Shown: positions 9,529-20,461, numbered from the stretch's first letter. The stretch is 64,000 nucleotides of DNA from an uncultured bacterium (GCA_963848965.1 CAWKFG010000001.1:288001-352000), one strand, 5' to 3'. Made by a program: numbers and translations. Notes: generated by a model from the sequence alone, not told the origin.

Positions 9529-12500
9529 TTGAAAATGCTAGCAAAAATGGTATTCATTGGTTATTGTGTAAGCACCTCACTAATACTACAGGCAATGCAA
9601 GAGGATAGAGGACAGAGAAGTCCACATTCTTTAAATACCGAAATGGATTATGCACTTTTGGAATTAGCCGGAGAGGGACAAGTTATTAGACTAAACAGAT
9701 TTCTTCTTGAGGAACATCTTGATAACATTAATGTTAGCGATAGTCATGGTATTACACCTTTAATGATGGCTGCTAAATATGGGCGTGTGAACGTGATAGA
9801 GCTACTTTTAAGCAAAGGTGTTAGCGTCAATGCTAGAGATAACGATGGAGTAACTGCTTTAATGTTAGCTGCAGAAAGTGGTTATAAAGAGGTAGTAAAA
9901 TTACTCTTGGATACAGGAGCCGACGTTCTTACTAGCTCAAGCATTGGTAGGACTCCTTTCGACTTTGCTTTGTATAATGGTCATCAGGCAGTAGCGCAAT
10001 TAATTGCCGAATATATGTTTGGTATTCATTCTAAAGAGAATGGTATAACTCCCTTGATGGTAGCTGCAGAGCAAGGCAACGAAGATGCTGTAAGACACTT
10101 TATAGCACTAGGCGTTTTTAGCATTAATGCTCAAGATAAAGATGGGTGGACTGCTTTGATGTACGCTGCTTTTAACAAGCACAGTCAAGTCGCTTACATG
10201 CTTTTAGATGAACACGCTGATAGTAATATTCAAGATAGTAAGGGTATGAATGCTCTAATGCTTGCTGCTTGTAATGGCCATAAAGATATGGTTCAATTAC
10301 TCTTAGATAGAGGTAGTAATATTAATGCTCAAGATTGTGCTGGTACTACTGCTCTAATGGTTGCTTGTGCAAATGGCCATAAAGAGGTAGTCCAGTTGCT
10401 CTTAGAAAAGGGTGCAGACTACGATGCTCACGATAGCACATGTACTACTGCCTTGATGGTTGCTGCTCAAAAGGGACATCAAGAAATTGTTCAACTACTT
10501 TTAGCAAAAGATGCTCAAGTTAATGCTCAAAATCATATGATGATGACAGCCTTAATGTTTGCATTAGACTATCAACATGAAAAAATTGCTTTATCACTTA
10601 TAAACGCAGGTGCTGACGTTAAACTTCAAGATAAATCTGGATGGACTGCTTTAATGTTTGCAACGAAAAATAACTTTGCATACCTAGTAAGGCTTCTTTT
10701 GGAGAAAGGCGCTCACTATAACATTCAAAATAAAAATGGTCATACAGCATTAATGATCGCTATTAAAGCAGGGCATGGCGAAATAGTAAACTTATTGAAG
10801 GCTCATAGAGCTAATGATTCTAAGGCATTAGCTTTTGTTCCTGAAGCTTCTGAACAAAATTTGCTTCATATGCAACTTTTATTAGCTGCACATAAAGGAA
10901 AAACTGAAGATCTTGCTTCTCTTCTAGAAAAAGGGGCTAATGTTAATGAGCAGTTACCATCTTGCCAATCTGCTTTAACATTTGCAGCAGCAAATGGGCA
11001 CAAAGAAGCAGTAGAATTGCTCTTAAAAAATGGAGCAGATGTTAATGCTCAAGATAGTGATGGCAATGCTGCTTTAATGTTGGCTGCACAATGGGGACAT
11101 AGGGACATAATAGAACTACTTTTGGCCTATGGTGTTAATGTTAATGCTCAAAATAAAGAAGGTGATACTGCTTTAGTATATGCAGTAAAAAGGGGTGATA
11201 AGGAAATAATCAAAATGCTCTTAGAAAATGGGGCTGATATTGATGTAAGAAATCATTGTGACACAACTGCCTTAATGGAAGCATCAAGTGAAGGAAATAT
11301 CGACATAGTAGAGATTTTACTAGGACATAATGCTAATATTAATGCTCCAGGCTTTCTTGGAGCAACAGCCCTAAACGGAGCATTATATTACGGGCATAAG
11401 GAAGTGATTAAGCTACTTCTAGCTAATGGTATTCAGCTTGCCGAAAGAGATTTATCATATGCAGTTTCTAACGATAAGGAAATAGTAGAGTTAATTTTAG
11501 ACAAAGGGGCTCATATTTATGCTCAAGCTGATAAACCTTATAAGGAGCTCTTACATAGAGCTCGAGACCTTGAAGTGATACGACTACTTTTAGATAAAGG
11601 AACTGACGTTAATACTCCCAATAATAGGGGTGAGACTCCCTTAATGGTCTATGTCGGTGTAGATTCTCGCCCTAAGGAAGTAGTAAAGTTACTCTTAGAT
11701 AGAGGTGCTAATGTTAATGCTCAGGCCATAAATGGTTGGACTGCTTTAATAGAGGCTGTATATCATTATCATATTTATCAGACTGAGCATAAAGATGAGC
11801 CCCTTTGCCTAACAAATGAAATAGTAATGTTACTCTTAGAGAAAGGAGCCAACGTTAGTATACAAGATAAGATGGGCAGAACAGCTTTAAGTCATGCAGT
11901 AGAAAAGGAATGGAATAATGATCCATTGCAGCATGATCAAGTTATAGCGACTGTAAAAACATTACTTTCTCAAGGAGCAGATCCTAACATATCTTATGGA
12001 ACTTGTGATGGTAAAAAAACGACTAGCTTAATTTATGCTGCAGCTCATGGAGAAAGAGAATTGGTGAAATTACTTCTAGATACCCGCGCAGACGTTAATG
12101 CTCAAGATAGTCAAGGTCTAACAGCTTTAATACACGCAGCCCAAGAAGGACATCAAGATATAGTACAGTTACTTTTAGATGCTGGTGCTAAAGGTTGGAC
12201 AGAGCTAATGATTGCAGCCCGACAAGGTGATAAACAAAGAGTAAATGAACTTCTTAATGCTGGTGCTGACGTTAATGTTCAAGATAAGCTTGGTAAAACA
12301 GCTTTAACTCTTGCTGTTGAATGTGACCAAAAAGAGATAGTGAACCTATTGTTAGAAAAAGGAGCTTACATTAATGCTCGGGATAGTAATGGTTGGACTC
12401 CCTTAATGTTTGCTGCTAAAAATGGACATAGTAAAATGGTAAAATTACTGTTAGAAGCAGGTTCTCAAATTAATGTTCAAAATAGCACAGGACATAGTGC

Positions 12501-13689
12501 TTTAATCATTGCTATCAAGCATGGGCATAGAGAAATAATTGAAATATTGTTGAATTGCAAAGCAGATCCTAACACTATTTATAAGGATAAGTATAATAAA
12601 TATAGAACTCCTTTAATGGCTGTTGCTGAAACTGGTGATCAAGAAGTAGTAAAATTACTCTTAACGGCAGGAGCTATCGTTAATGCTAAAGATAATAATG
12701 GTTGTACTGCCTTATGGTATGCCGTGGAAAAAGATCATAAGGAAGTAGTAAAAATATTATTAGAGCAAGGAGCTGATGTTAATGCCCTCAATCAATGGGG
12801 ACGGTCTGCCTTAATGCTAGCTACTGAGTATGGGCATTTGGAAATGGTACGGTTACTGCTAGATAAAGGAGCTTTTGTTAATGCACAATCTAATACTGGA
12901 GACACAAGTTTAATGACTGCTGTAGGCGAAGACCATTTGTTGATTAAGAAAACTACTCCTCAAATAAGAAAAGCAATTGTAAAATTACTTTTAGATAAGG
13001 GAGCAGATAGTAGGGCAAAGGATCAAAACGGTAGAACAGCATTATGGATGGCAATTGAAAATAAGCATAAAGGACTCATTACAATGCTCCTAAAAAATCA
13101 AGCCAAAGCTCAAGATAGCTTTCTTCCAATACATGTTGAAGCATTACCAATATTTAGAGCTCAGGATTTGACAGAAAATTTAATGATTGCTGCTCGTCAA
13201 GGAGATCAGCAAAAAATAGATGACCTTCTCAAAGCTGGAGCTGATGTTAATGCACAAGATAATCTTGGTAATACTGCATTAATTCTTGCTGTTCAATCTA
13301 ATAATAAAGAAGTAATACAACTACTTTTAGAGAATAATGCTAAGGTAGATGCTCAAACTGCTAATGGCCAAACGGCTTTAATAATTGCAGCATGGCTTGG
13401 GCTTAAAGAGGTGGTAGAAATGTTATTAGCTAAAGGCCCTAATCTTGAACTTACGTGTGTTGAAGAAGAAGTTGGGGGTTTTACTGCCTTAATGGCTGCT
13501 GCTGAGCATGGCCATAAGAAAATAGTAGAATTACTTGTAAATGCTGGTGCTAACGTTAACGCTCGTCAAAAGGATGGGTCCTGCGTTTTAAGCAAAGCAG
13601 CGAAAAGCGGAGATGGAGAGATAGTTACCTTACTTTTTAATAAAGGTGCAAATACTATTACTCAGGTTTATATGGCTTCTAAACAATAA
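9529..13689 (+). CDS. Very large ankyrin-repeat protein (1386 aa) with signal peptide
   Basis: Dozens of G.T[AP]LM.AA..GH.E[VI]V.LLL..GADVNAQD repeats; start TTG 9529 (or ATG 9535) after AGAGG. Confidence 0.95.
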   Translation: MKMLAKMVFIGYCVSTSLILQAMQEDRGQRSPHSLNTEMDYALLELAGEGQVIRLNRFLLEEHLDNINVSDSHGITPLMMAAKYGRVNVIELLLSKGVSVNARDNDGVTALMLAAESGYKEVVKLLLDTGADVLTSSSIGRTPFDFALYNGHQAVAQLIAEYMFGIHSKENGITPLMVAAEQGNEDAVRHFIALGVFSINAQDKDGWTALMYAAFNKHSQVAYMLLDEHADSNIQDSKGMNALMLAACNGHKDMVQLLLDRGSNINAQDCAGTTALMVACANGHKEVVQLLLEKGADYDAHDSTCTTALMVAAQKGHQEIVQLLLAKDAQVNAQNHMMMTALMFALDYQHEKIALSLINAGADVKLQDKSGWTALMFATKNNFAYLVRLLLEKGAHYNIQNKNGHTALMIAIKAGHGEIVNLLKAHRANDSKALAFVPEASEQNLLHMQLLLAAHKGKTEDLASLLEKGANVNEQLPSCQSALTFAAANGHKEAVELLLKNGADVNAQDSDGNAALMLAAQWGHRDIIELLLAYGVNVNAQNKEGDTALVYAVKRGDKEIIKMLLENGADIDVRNHCDTTALMEASSEGNIDIVEILLGHNANINAPGFLGATALNGALYYGHKEVIKLLLANGIQLAERDLSYAVSNDKEIVELILDKGAHIYAQADKPYKELLHRARDLEVIRLLLDKGTDVNTPNNRGETPLMVYVGVDSRPKEVVKLLLDRGANVNAQAINGWTALIEAVYHYHIYQTEHKDEPLCLTNEIVMLLLEKGANVSIQDKMGRTALSHAVEKEWNNDPLQHDQVIATVKTLLSQGADPNISYGTCDGKKTTSLIYAAAHGERELVKLLLDTRADVNAQDSQGLTALIHAAQEGHQDIVQLLLDAGAKGWTELMIAARQGDKQRVNELLNAGADVNVQDKLGKTALTLAVECDQKEIVNLLLEKGAYINARDSNGWTPLMFAAKNGHSKMVKLLLEAGSQINVQNSTGHSALIIAIKHGHREIIEILLNCKADPNTIYKDKYNKYRTPLMAVAETGDQEVVKLLLTAGAIVNAKDNNGCTALWYAVEKDHKEVVKILLEQGADVNALNQWGRSALMLATEYGHLEMVRLLLDKGAFVNAQSNTGDTSLMTAVGEDHLLIKKTTPQIRKAIVKLLLDKGADSRAKDQNGRTALWMAIENKHKGLITMLLKNQAKAQDSFLPIHVEALPIFRAQDLTENLMIAARQGDQQKIDDLLKAGADVNAQDNLGNTALILAVQSNNKEVIQLLLENNAKVDAQTANGQTALIIAAWLGLKEVVEMLLAKGPNLELTCVEEEVGGFTALMAAAEHGHKKIVELLVNAGANVNARQKDGSCVLSKAAKSGDGEIVTLLFNKGANTITQVYMASKQ

Positions 13690-13959
13690 ATGTAGAGCTA
13701 GTTAAGTTTCCTGTGCCTTTAAGACGTGTTTCACACCTTGCTCACATTCTAGGTATTGGCATTAATCGTATGGCACATATCGCAGATGCTTTAACAGAGC
13801 CAGAAATTTTGCGTCTTGAAGCCTTAGATAAAGATTTTATAAAGCAGTTGTTAGCTTTTGGGTGTATCACTTGCATATTCTTATGCTATCATATATCCTT
13901 TTGGGTAAAATAGGGGCACCCTCTTTAGCAAGAGAGTTTATTCACTAAAAGGAGAAAAG

Positions 13960-14694
13960 ATGGCACTCGGACTTTGGCATATTATAAGTACTACTGATTT
14001 TATCACAAAATGTGTTTTAGTTTTTCTTTTAGGCATGTCGATCATTTGTTGGGCCCTTACTATTTATAAATACCTACTTTTTAAACTCAAAATGGCACAA
14101 CTTCGACAAGCTCATACGTTACTTACCAATGTAAAGAATCTTGAAGATTTTTTAGCACGTGCAGCATCAATTCAATCTACTTTTGCAGGTGAAGTTATTT
14201 CTTATTTTCTTGCTGATTTTAAGACGCTCCTTAAAATGTATGAAACAAACCATACTCCTTTACAAGATAAAGACTGGTATCTTTTACAATCTAATATTAA
14301 TCAGCGGCTTGATGATGCACTGCAGCAAGAAGAAGCATTACTTCCTTTTCTTTCAACAAGTGCTCAAGTAGCTCCCCTCATCGGTCTCTTTGGTACCGTG
14401 TGGGGCCTTATTCATGCATTTATGGGTATTGCTCAACAGAAAAGTGCTGATATTGCAGCAGTAGCTCCTGGTATTGCAGAAGCTTTAATTACAACACTCG
14501 GTGGTCTTGTTGTGGCTATTCCTGCTCTTATCATGTTTCACTATTTACAAGGCAGAATGCGTGTTATTGAACATATGCTTGCTTCGTTGGCAGACAAATG
14601 CCTCTGGATTATGCGATCAGTAACAACACAACATGAAAGCAGTTATGTAGCTCCTCATTTTGTTTCTAAGCCGGCACAGAAGGAGAATGCATGA
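13960..14694 (+). CDS. tolQ: TolQ/ExbB/MotA proton channel protein
   Basis: APLIGLFGTVWGLIHAF and VAPGIAEALITTLGGLVVAIPA. Confidence 0.92.
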   Translation: MALGLWHIISTTDFITKCVLVFLLGMSIICWALTIYKYLLFKLKMAQLRQAHTLLTNVKNLEDFLARAASIQSTFAGEVISYFLADFKTLLKMYETNHTPLQDKDWYLLQSNINQRLDDALQQEEALLPFLSTSAQVAPLIGLFGTVWGLIHAFMGIAQQKSADIAAVAPGIAEALITTLGGLVVAIPALIMFHYLQGRMRVIEHMLASLADKCLWIMRSVTTQHESSYVAPHFVSKPAQKENA

Positions 14695-15125
14695 TTAGGG
14701 CATCAAGACGCAGGAAATCTGCTCATCAAACACCAGAAATATCACTTACTCCTTTAATTGATACAGCACTCGTACTTCTTGTAATCTTTATGATTGCTAC
14801 TCCTATGATGCAAAACTCTCTTAAAGTGAATCTTCCTAAAGGGTACATGAAAGAAGATCAACAAGAAACAGCACAAGAAAATCTTGTTGTTGCTATTAAT
14901 CAAGATTTAAAAGCAGATGAGCATATTATTGCTCTCAATGGTAAAAAAGTCTCTTTTGCAGAACTTGTTCCTGCAATAGAGCAAAAAATAGGGACTAAAA
15001 AAGACCAGAAAATTTATATTGAATGTGACGAAAAAGTACGTTATGGCTTCTTATTTGAAGTAGCAGACAAGATAAAATATCTGGCAGGGGTGGAACATGT
15101 TATTTTATCTGCACAGAAGGCCTAG
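14691..15125 (+). CDS. tolR: TolR/ExbD biopolymer transport protein
   Basis: EISLTPLIDTALVLLVIFMIATPM; ATGA overlap with tolQ. Confidence 0.9.
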   Translation: MIRASRRRKSAHQTPEISLTPLIDTALVLLVIFMIATPMMQNSLKVNLPKGYMKEDQQETAQENLVVAINQDLKADEHIIALNGKKVSFAELVPAIEQKIGTKKDQKIYIECDEKVRYGFLFEVADKIKYLAGVEHVILSAQKA

Positions 15126-16134
15126 AGAGCAGATCCTTTTATTTAAAATATTTTTATATACATGTAGTGCTCACTTGTTACTTTTACTTTCATGTTTCTT
15201 CGCAGAAAAATATTTGCGTACTACTTATACTGTGCTTTTTTCAGGCCGTCGTATAGGGTCAGGTGCTGCAGTAAGCTTTGGAAAAGGAACAAAAAAAGGA
15301 CAAGGCACAGGATCTCTTCATCATAGTGTACCAGGAGCTGCGAAGCAGTTAGATACTACTTGCCAAAATACTCTTCCAAAGACTGTTCCTCAACATGAAG
15401 CTCCTAAGAAAGCAGAACCAAAAACTATAGAACCGCAAGAAAAACTACCTGAAAAAGCGCTTCAAAAATCTGGTAAAAAGGTACAAGCTGCTAAAAAGGA
15501 AACAAAACCAGCTGTTCCTCTGTATAGCGAATTAAAAAGAAACTATTCGACGCTCAAAACTGCTCATAAAGCTCAGCCTAAAGAGTTTGAAAAGCAAGCT
15601 CCTCTAATTAAGCCTCAAGAACCAGTAAAAAAAGAGGAGCCAAAAAAAGAAGCTGTGCAAGAGAAAAAAGTGCAACCAGAGCCTAAAAAGGAAGTGGTTA
15701 CTCAAGAAACGAAGCCAGAACCTAAAAAAGTTCAGGAAAAACCTCAAGAAGCTCCTTTAGCAAAAACATCAGAAGCTCTATTGCAGGTAGAACAAACTCA
15801 AGTAAATACTTTACCCGGTGCAGAAACTAATACTCTCCAGAGTGAAGGGCAACCTAATGGAGAAACACTCACTATTGATTTTTCAGATACGGTCATAGCA
15901 GACAGATTTATGAGAGAAATTAGCCAAGCGATAGCACGGTATTTTAGGAAGCCTCTTGGATTTGATGATCATGAACATTTTACTATTTCTTTTGAGATAT
16001 GTGACCAAAAAGCGCGTAATATAAGTGCACGTGGCTCAGAACCGCTGATACTGTATGCAGCGCTTAAAGAGGCACTGCTCAAAGCTACTTTTTCAGGGAT
16101 ATATACTCCTACAAAAGTAGAACTCGTATATTAA
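15097..16134 (+). CDS. TolA/TonB-like energy transducer
   Basis: N-terminal membrane helix with SAHL motif, long Lys/Glu/Pro linker, small C-terminal domain; lies between tolR and tolB. Confidence 0.7.
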   Translation: MLFYLHRRPREQILLFKIFLYTCSAHLLLLLSCFFAEKYLRTTYTVLFSGRRIGSGAAVSFGKGTKKGQGTGSLHHSVPGAAKQLDTTCQNTLPKTVPQHEAPKKAEPKTIEPQEKLPEKALQKSGKKVQAAKKETKPAVPLYSELKRNYSTLKTAHKAQPKEFEKQAPLIKPQEPVKKEEPKKEAVQEKKVQPEPKKEVVTQETKPEPKKVQEKPQEAPLAKTSEALLQVEQTQVNTLPGAETNTLQSEGQPNGETLTIDFSDTVIADRFMREISQAIARYFRKPLGFDDHEHFTISFEICDQKARNISARGSEPLILYAALKEALLKATFSGIYTPTKVELVY

Positions 16135-16151
16135 ACAAGTAGGGGACTCTT

Positions 16152-17429
16152 ATGCTTATTATTATACCATTCGTACTCTTTTCCTTTTCTCTTTTTTCAT
16201 CGTTACGCATTGAAATGGATGGAGAACATCAATCTCTGAAAGCACCAATGAAACTTCTTCTTGCAATTGCATCAGACGATGATGAGCTCACAGAACTTGC
16301 AAAGATTATACAAGATAACTTTCAACGGAGTGGCCAATTTGTAGTTACTGTAGATATCCAAGAACATCCAAAAACTAAATCTGAAGTAAAAAAAATCTTT
16401 TCTTCTGGTTATTCACTCGTTACTTTTCTTAATCAAGCCGATAACAACAAATCATTTGAATGGCGCTTGTACGATGCTGTAGAGGCGCATATGGTAAAGG
16501 GCAAAAAGGTGCCCAAAAGCTTTTCCCTTCGCTCTCAAGCTAATAGCCTCTCTGACGACTTGTGGTATACGCTGACACACCAACCAAGCTCATTCTCTTC
16601 AAAGATAGCATATACTAAGAAACTTACAGGTGCTCATCGTCATCAATCTTCTATTTGTTTCTCTAATGCTGATGGCTCTGATAGCCAAATATTTATAGCC
16701 GCCCCCGGCACGTACGTTGGCCTTTATTGGCACAAAGACGGAGGGGAGCCTCTACTTTTCTGCTCAGAATTTACTCGCTTTAACGTACGTCTTATCTCCT
16801 TTACTCCTACCGCTCAGAAAAAGATTGTTCTTGATCTTAATGGAACGTGTGTAGGTATATCATTATCTGACGATACGTCAAAAGCCCTCTATTGCCGTTC
16901 TGGTGACATATGGCTCTATGCCTACGACTCTGCCATAAAAAGGGGCTCTCATAAGTGTCTTATTAAGAATGATGGCAAGAACATGTCACCCATCTTGTTA
17001 CCAAATAATGACATTATATTCTGTTCTGATTCACATAAGCTGTCACCCAAATTTCGAGGGCCGCACATCTATCTCTATTCACCTTCAACAGGTACTACAA
17101 AACAGCTGACCAAAGATGGATTCTGCGTAGGACCTGCATACTGTCCAAGAACCCAAAAACTTGCCTACTCCAAGCGAGTCAACGGAACAATGCAAATATA
17201 CCTCTATGACATGAAAACTGATAAGCATATTCAACTTACTACTGATAAAGGTGATAAGCTCGATTGCTGCTGGTCGCCATGCGGAACGTACCTCGCCTTC
17301 TGCCATCAACAGAACCGCACAAGCCGCATAGCTACTATGCATGCTGTACTCAAAAAACGCTTCTATATTACGCCTGAAAACCAGTACTGTTCGTGCCCTG
17401 CATGGTCAGATACTTCTGCTAGTCAGTGA
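16152..17429 (+). CDS. tolB: TolB-like periplasmic beta-propeller protein
   Basis: Signal peptide, TolB N-domain-like region (IQDNFQRSGQF, WRLYD), PD40-like repeats (GPAYCP, WSPCGTYLAF, PAWS); operon position. Confidence 0.8.
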   Translation: MLIIIPFVLFSFSLFSSLRIEMDGEHQSLKAPMKLLLAIASDDDELTELAKIIQDNFQRSGQFVVTVDIQEHPKTKSEVKKIFSSGYSLVTFLNQADNNKSFEWRLYDAVEAHMVKGKKVPKSFSLRSQANSLSDDLWYTLTHQPSSFSSKIAYTKKLTGAHRHQSSICFSNADGSDSQIFIAAPGTYVGLYWHKDGGEPLLFCSEFTRFNVRLISFTPTAQKKIVLDLNGTCVGISLSDDTSKALYCRSGDIWLYAYDSAIKRGSHKCLIKNDGKNMSPILLPNNDIIFCSDSHKLSPKFRGPHIYLYSPSTGTTKQLTKDGFCVGPAYCPRTQKLAYSKRVNGTMQIYLYDMKTDKHIQLTTDKGDKLDCCWSPCGTYLAFCHQQNRTSRIATMHAVLKKRFYITPENQYCSCPAWSDTSASQ

Positions 17430-17438
17430 CGCTTTTTT

Positions 17439-17824
17439 AAGGGGCTCTGCCCCTTGTACCCCGCTAGGGCCTTGGCCCTAGAACCCATTTGCTTCTTTTT
17501 GTTCTTTTTCTGCGTTAAAAAACGCTGAGCGTTTTTTAACAATAGCAGTCGCTACGCGATTTAAGCAACCAGGGGAACTCCCTGGTTGCCCGTTGCTGAC
17601 TTACGTTCTACTTACTGGTATTTCATACCAAAGGTAACTCTGTAATCACACCGTCGGCAGCAGGGGTGCGTTCCACCCCTGATGGAGATTCCCGGAGGGA
17701 CTGCTATTGCAAAAAATCAGCATGATTTTTTGCTTTAAAAGAACAAGCGAGGAGCTTTAGCTCTGAAGCTATAAAGCGGGTTGCAAGGGTACACCCTTGC
17801 TGGGGTTACAGGGGCAAAGCCCCT
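17439..17824. other. Large branched inverted-repeat element (candidate structured ncRNA or MITE/REPIN-like element)
   Basis: Terminal inverted repeats and mirror-ordered hairpins joined by long-range stems; GC-richer than flanks; see finding. Confidence 0.8.
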
Positions 17825-17841
17825 AGCTAAGTAGACAGTTA

Positions 17842-17873
17842 GCCTGCCGTAGTCATGATCGCAGGAGAAGGCA
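17842..17873. repeat. Degenerate copy of the tRNA-associated REP-like element
   Basis: GCC-TGCC-GTAG-...-GAA-GGCA resembles the 59078-59111 copy (GCC-TGCCAACC-GTAG...GAA-GGTTGG). Confidence 0.45.
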
Positions 17874-18036
17874 AAAACTCTTGTGTAAAGAACTATCGAC
17901 AAAATAGTGCTTTGAGGGTATACTATTAGTATTAATAGGCTAAAAAATAAGCATATCTATTTTGTTTCTCGTAAGGCCGCATAGATAAAGCTGCGGAGAG
18001 TAAAAAATACAAGGTTTTTCAACAAGTGAGTGTCGT

Positions 18037-19857
18037 ATGAAAAAAATAAACATTAAAAATTTTAAAGGGGGCCCTGGCAATCTGTTTATTATAGCAGTGT
18101 TCCTCTTAGGTACCCTCTTTGCTGTATTTAAGCTGGCGGAGCTTAATAGGGCAACGGAGAGTATTAAGTATTCTACGTTTCTAAAGAGATTAGAGGCCAA
18201 TAAGATTCAGGCTGTTGAAGCTAATGGTTCAGAGATTAGAGGGCTCTATCGTGATGGCGGTCGTTTTGAGACGGTAATTCCAGATAATCCTAAGATCTGG
18301 GATATGTTACGAGAGCATAATGTAGAGGTTGCGATTATTTCGCCATCGTCTACTGATTTTGGACTCTGGCATCTTTTGTATCTCTTGCCGTTTATTATGA
18401 CATTGCTTTTTATTTGGTACTTTTTCAGACAATCAAGAAGCTCGGGTGGCAATGGTGGTAATATCTTTAGTATGAGTAAAAGTAAAGCTAAGATGTTTAT
18501 GCCTGCCCAGATTAAAGTAACTTTTGATTCGGTTGCTGGTGCTGCTGAAGCAAAAGAAGAGCTCAAAGATGTTGTAGACTTTTTAAGAAGTCCTGAAAAG
18601 TATAAAAGGTTGGGTGCCAAGCTAACGAGAGGTGTCCTCTTGGTAGGTGAACCGGGTAATGGTAAGACCTTACTTGCAAAGGCAGTTGCTGGAGAAGCAA
18701 ATTGTCCTTTCTTTAGTGTAAGTGGTTCTGACTTTATTGAAGTATTTGTGGGTGTTGGTGCTGCTCGTGTAAGAGACTTGTTTATGCAAGCACGACGTCA
18801 TGCTCCGAGTATTGTGTTTATCGATGAGATAGATGCTGTCGGTCGTCAGCGTGGCAGTGGCCTTGGTGGCGGTCATGACGAGCGTGAACAGACACTCAAC
18901 CAGCTACTGACAGAGATGGACGGTTTTGATACAGGGCAGTCGTCTGTTATTGTATTAGCTGCGACTAATAGGCCAGATGTGCTTGATAAAGCTCTTTTGC
19001 GTCCAGGTCGTTTTGACAGAAGTGTCTATGTTCCTTTTCCAGATCTTATAAGTAGAGAAGAGATTCTTCGTGTCCATGCACAAGGCGTTAAAATGGATAA
19101 GGGTATAGATCTTCATAGAGTAGCACGAGGAACTCCAGGATTTACTGGAGCAGATCTAGCGAATCTTATTAACGAAGCTGCTATTAATGCTTCTAAAAAT
19201 AATCAAGCTATGGTCCTATTACCTGATTTTGAAGAAGCACGAGATAAGATATTACTTGGTAAAGAAAGAAAGACGGTAGTACTCTCTGACCATGAACGAA
19301 AAATAACTGCATTCCATGAAGCAGGACATACGCTTATTAGAGTTCTGTTACCAAATGAGACAGATCCTCTTCATAAGGTTACTATTGTGCCTCGTGGAAG
19401 AGCGCTGGGCGTTTCTTTCTCATTGCCAGAACGAGAACGTCATAGTATCTCCAAGGAAGAAAAACTTGCAGATATTACGGTAGCACTTGGCGGCCGTGCT
19501 GCTGAAGAGCTTATGTTTAATCGTCTTGAAACAGGAGCGTATGACGACTTTAAGAAGGCTACCGAAATTGCTCGTAATATGGTATGCTATTATGGTATGT
19601 CCAGCTCATTAGGACCTGTCGTTTATCAGCGTGAAGATGGTGAACCGAACTACTCTCCAGAGACAGCACGCCAAATTGACCAAGAAATACGATCAATAAT
19701 GGATCTTTGCTACCAACGAGCTATCAAATTATTGGGTGAAAATAAAGATAAGCTTTCTAAGCTTGCAGAAGCTCTTTTAGAAAAAGAGACGCTCTTTGCA
19801 GCAGAAGTATACGACCTTCTTGGTCTTGAACCTCGTGAAGGGCATTTATTCCATTAA
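18037..19857 (+). CDS. ftsH: ATP-dependent zinc metalloprotease FtsH
   Basis: Two TM helices, [24 protein letters not shown]. Confidence 0.98.
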   Translation: MKKINIKNFKGGPGNLFIIAVFLLGTLFAVFKLAELNRATESIKYSTFLKRLEANKIQAVEANGSEIRGLYRDGGRFETVIPDNPKIWDMLREHNVEVAIISPSSTDFGLWHLLYLLPFIMTLLFIWYFFRQSRSSGGNGGNIFSMSKSKAKMFMPAQIKVTFDSVAGAAEAKEELKDVVDFLRSPEKYKRLGAKLTRGVLLVGEPGNGKTLLAKAVAGEANCPFFSVSGSDFIEVFVGVGAARVRDLFMQARRHAPSIVFIDEIDAVGRQRGSGLGGGHDEREQTLNQLLTEMDGFDTGQSSVIVLAATNRPDVLDKALLRPGRFDRSVYVPFPDLISREEILRVHAQGVKMDKGIDLHRVARGTPGFTGADLANLINEAAINASKNNQAMVLLPDFEEARDKILLGKERKTVVLSDHERKITAFHEAGHTLIRVLLPNETDPLHKVTIVPRGRALGVSFSLPERERHSISKEEKLADITVALGGRAAEELMFNRLETGAYDDFKKATEIARNMVCYYGMSSSLGPVVYQREDGEPNYSPETARQIDQEIRSIMDLCYQRAIKLLGENKDKLSKLAEALLEKETLFAAEVYDLLGLEPREGHLFH

Positions 19858-19947
19858 TCATAAGAATTGAAAAAAAAGCTAAGTATAGTAAACTATACAA
19901 AGAATAGCTGAAAATTTTGATACATCGCAAGAAAGGATTTAGATAGT

Positions 19948-20151
19948 ATGTCACGTATATGTGTATCATGTGGTAAGAAACCACAGGTGGCTAATATTGT
20001 GAGCCACGCAAATAATCGTACAAAAAAGTGGGTCTATCCCAATGTGCATAAGATGCGCTTTATCTTTGTAGAATGCCCAGATAAGGGAGTACACAGAGGG
20101 AGTGTATGTACAAAATGTGTGAAAGCCCAAAAAGTTCAAAAAGTTGTTTAA
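19948..20151 (+). CDS. rpmB: 50S ribosomal protein L28
   Basis: MSRICVSCGKKPQVANIVSHANNRTKKWVYPN...CTKC. Confidence 0.95.
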   Translation: MSRICVSCGKKPQVANIVSHANNRTKKWVYPNVHKMRFIFVECPDKGVHRGSVCTKCVKAQKVQKVV

Positions 20152-20169
20152 TAGAGGTATTAAAGATTC

Positions 20170-20451
20170 ATGGCAAACACAAAGTCTGCTCAAAAACAAG
20201 CAAAACAAAGTGAAAAACGTCGAGTTCGAAATCTTGCTCGACGCACTTCTATAAAAACTGCAGTTAAAAAAGCTGTTACCGCAATTGAAGGAAAAGCGGG
20301 TACTGAAAAAGTACAAACATTGCTTAAAGATGTTGAAGCAAAACTTGCTCGCGCAAAAAGCAAGGGTATTATGCACAAAAATACCGCTGCTCGCAAGCTT
20401 AGTCGCTTAACAAAACGAGCACAGAAAGTGCAAGCTCAACCTGCAGCTTAA
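20170..20451 (+). CDS. rpsT: 30S ribosomal protein S20
   Basis: MANTKSAQKQAKQSEKRRVRN...KGIMHKNTAARKLSRL. Confidence 0.97.
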   Translation: MANTKSAQKQAKQSEKRRVRNLARRTSIKTAVKKAVTAIEGKAGTEKVQTLLKDVEAKLARAKSKGIMHKNTAARKLSRLTKRAQKVQAQPAA

Positions 20452-20461
20452 AAAAGATATA

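Noticed and set aside
13713..13913. 66-aa ORF between the large ankyrin gene and tolQ
   Set aside because: GTG start without RBS, no recognisable motif, and its 3' part overlaps the likely tolQ promoter region; at best a gene remnant.
17940..18200. Short minus-strand ORFs overlapping ftsH and other long genes throughout the window
   Set aside because: Antisense or off-frame shadows of well-supported genes, with no RBS or motif support.
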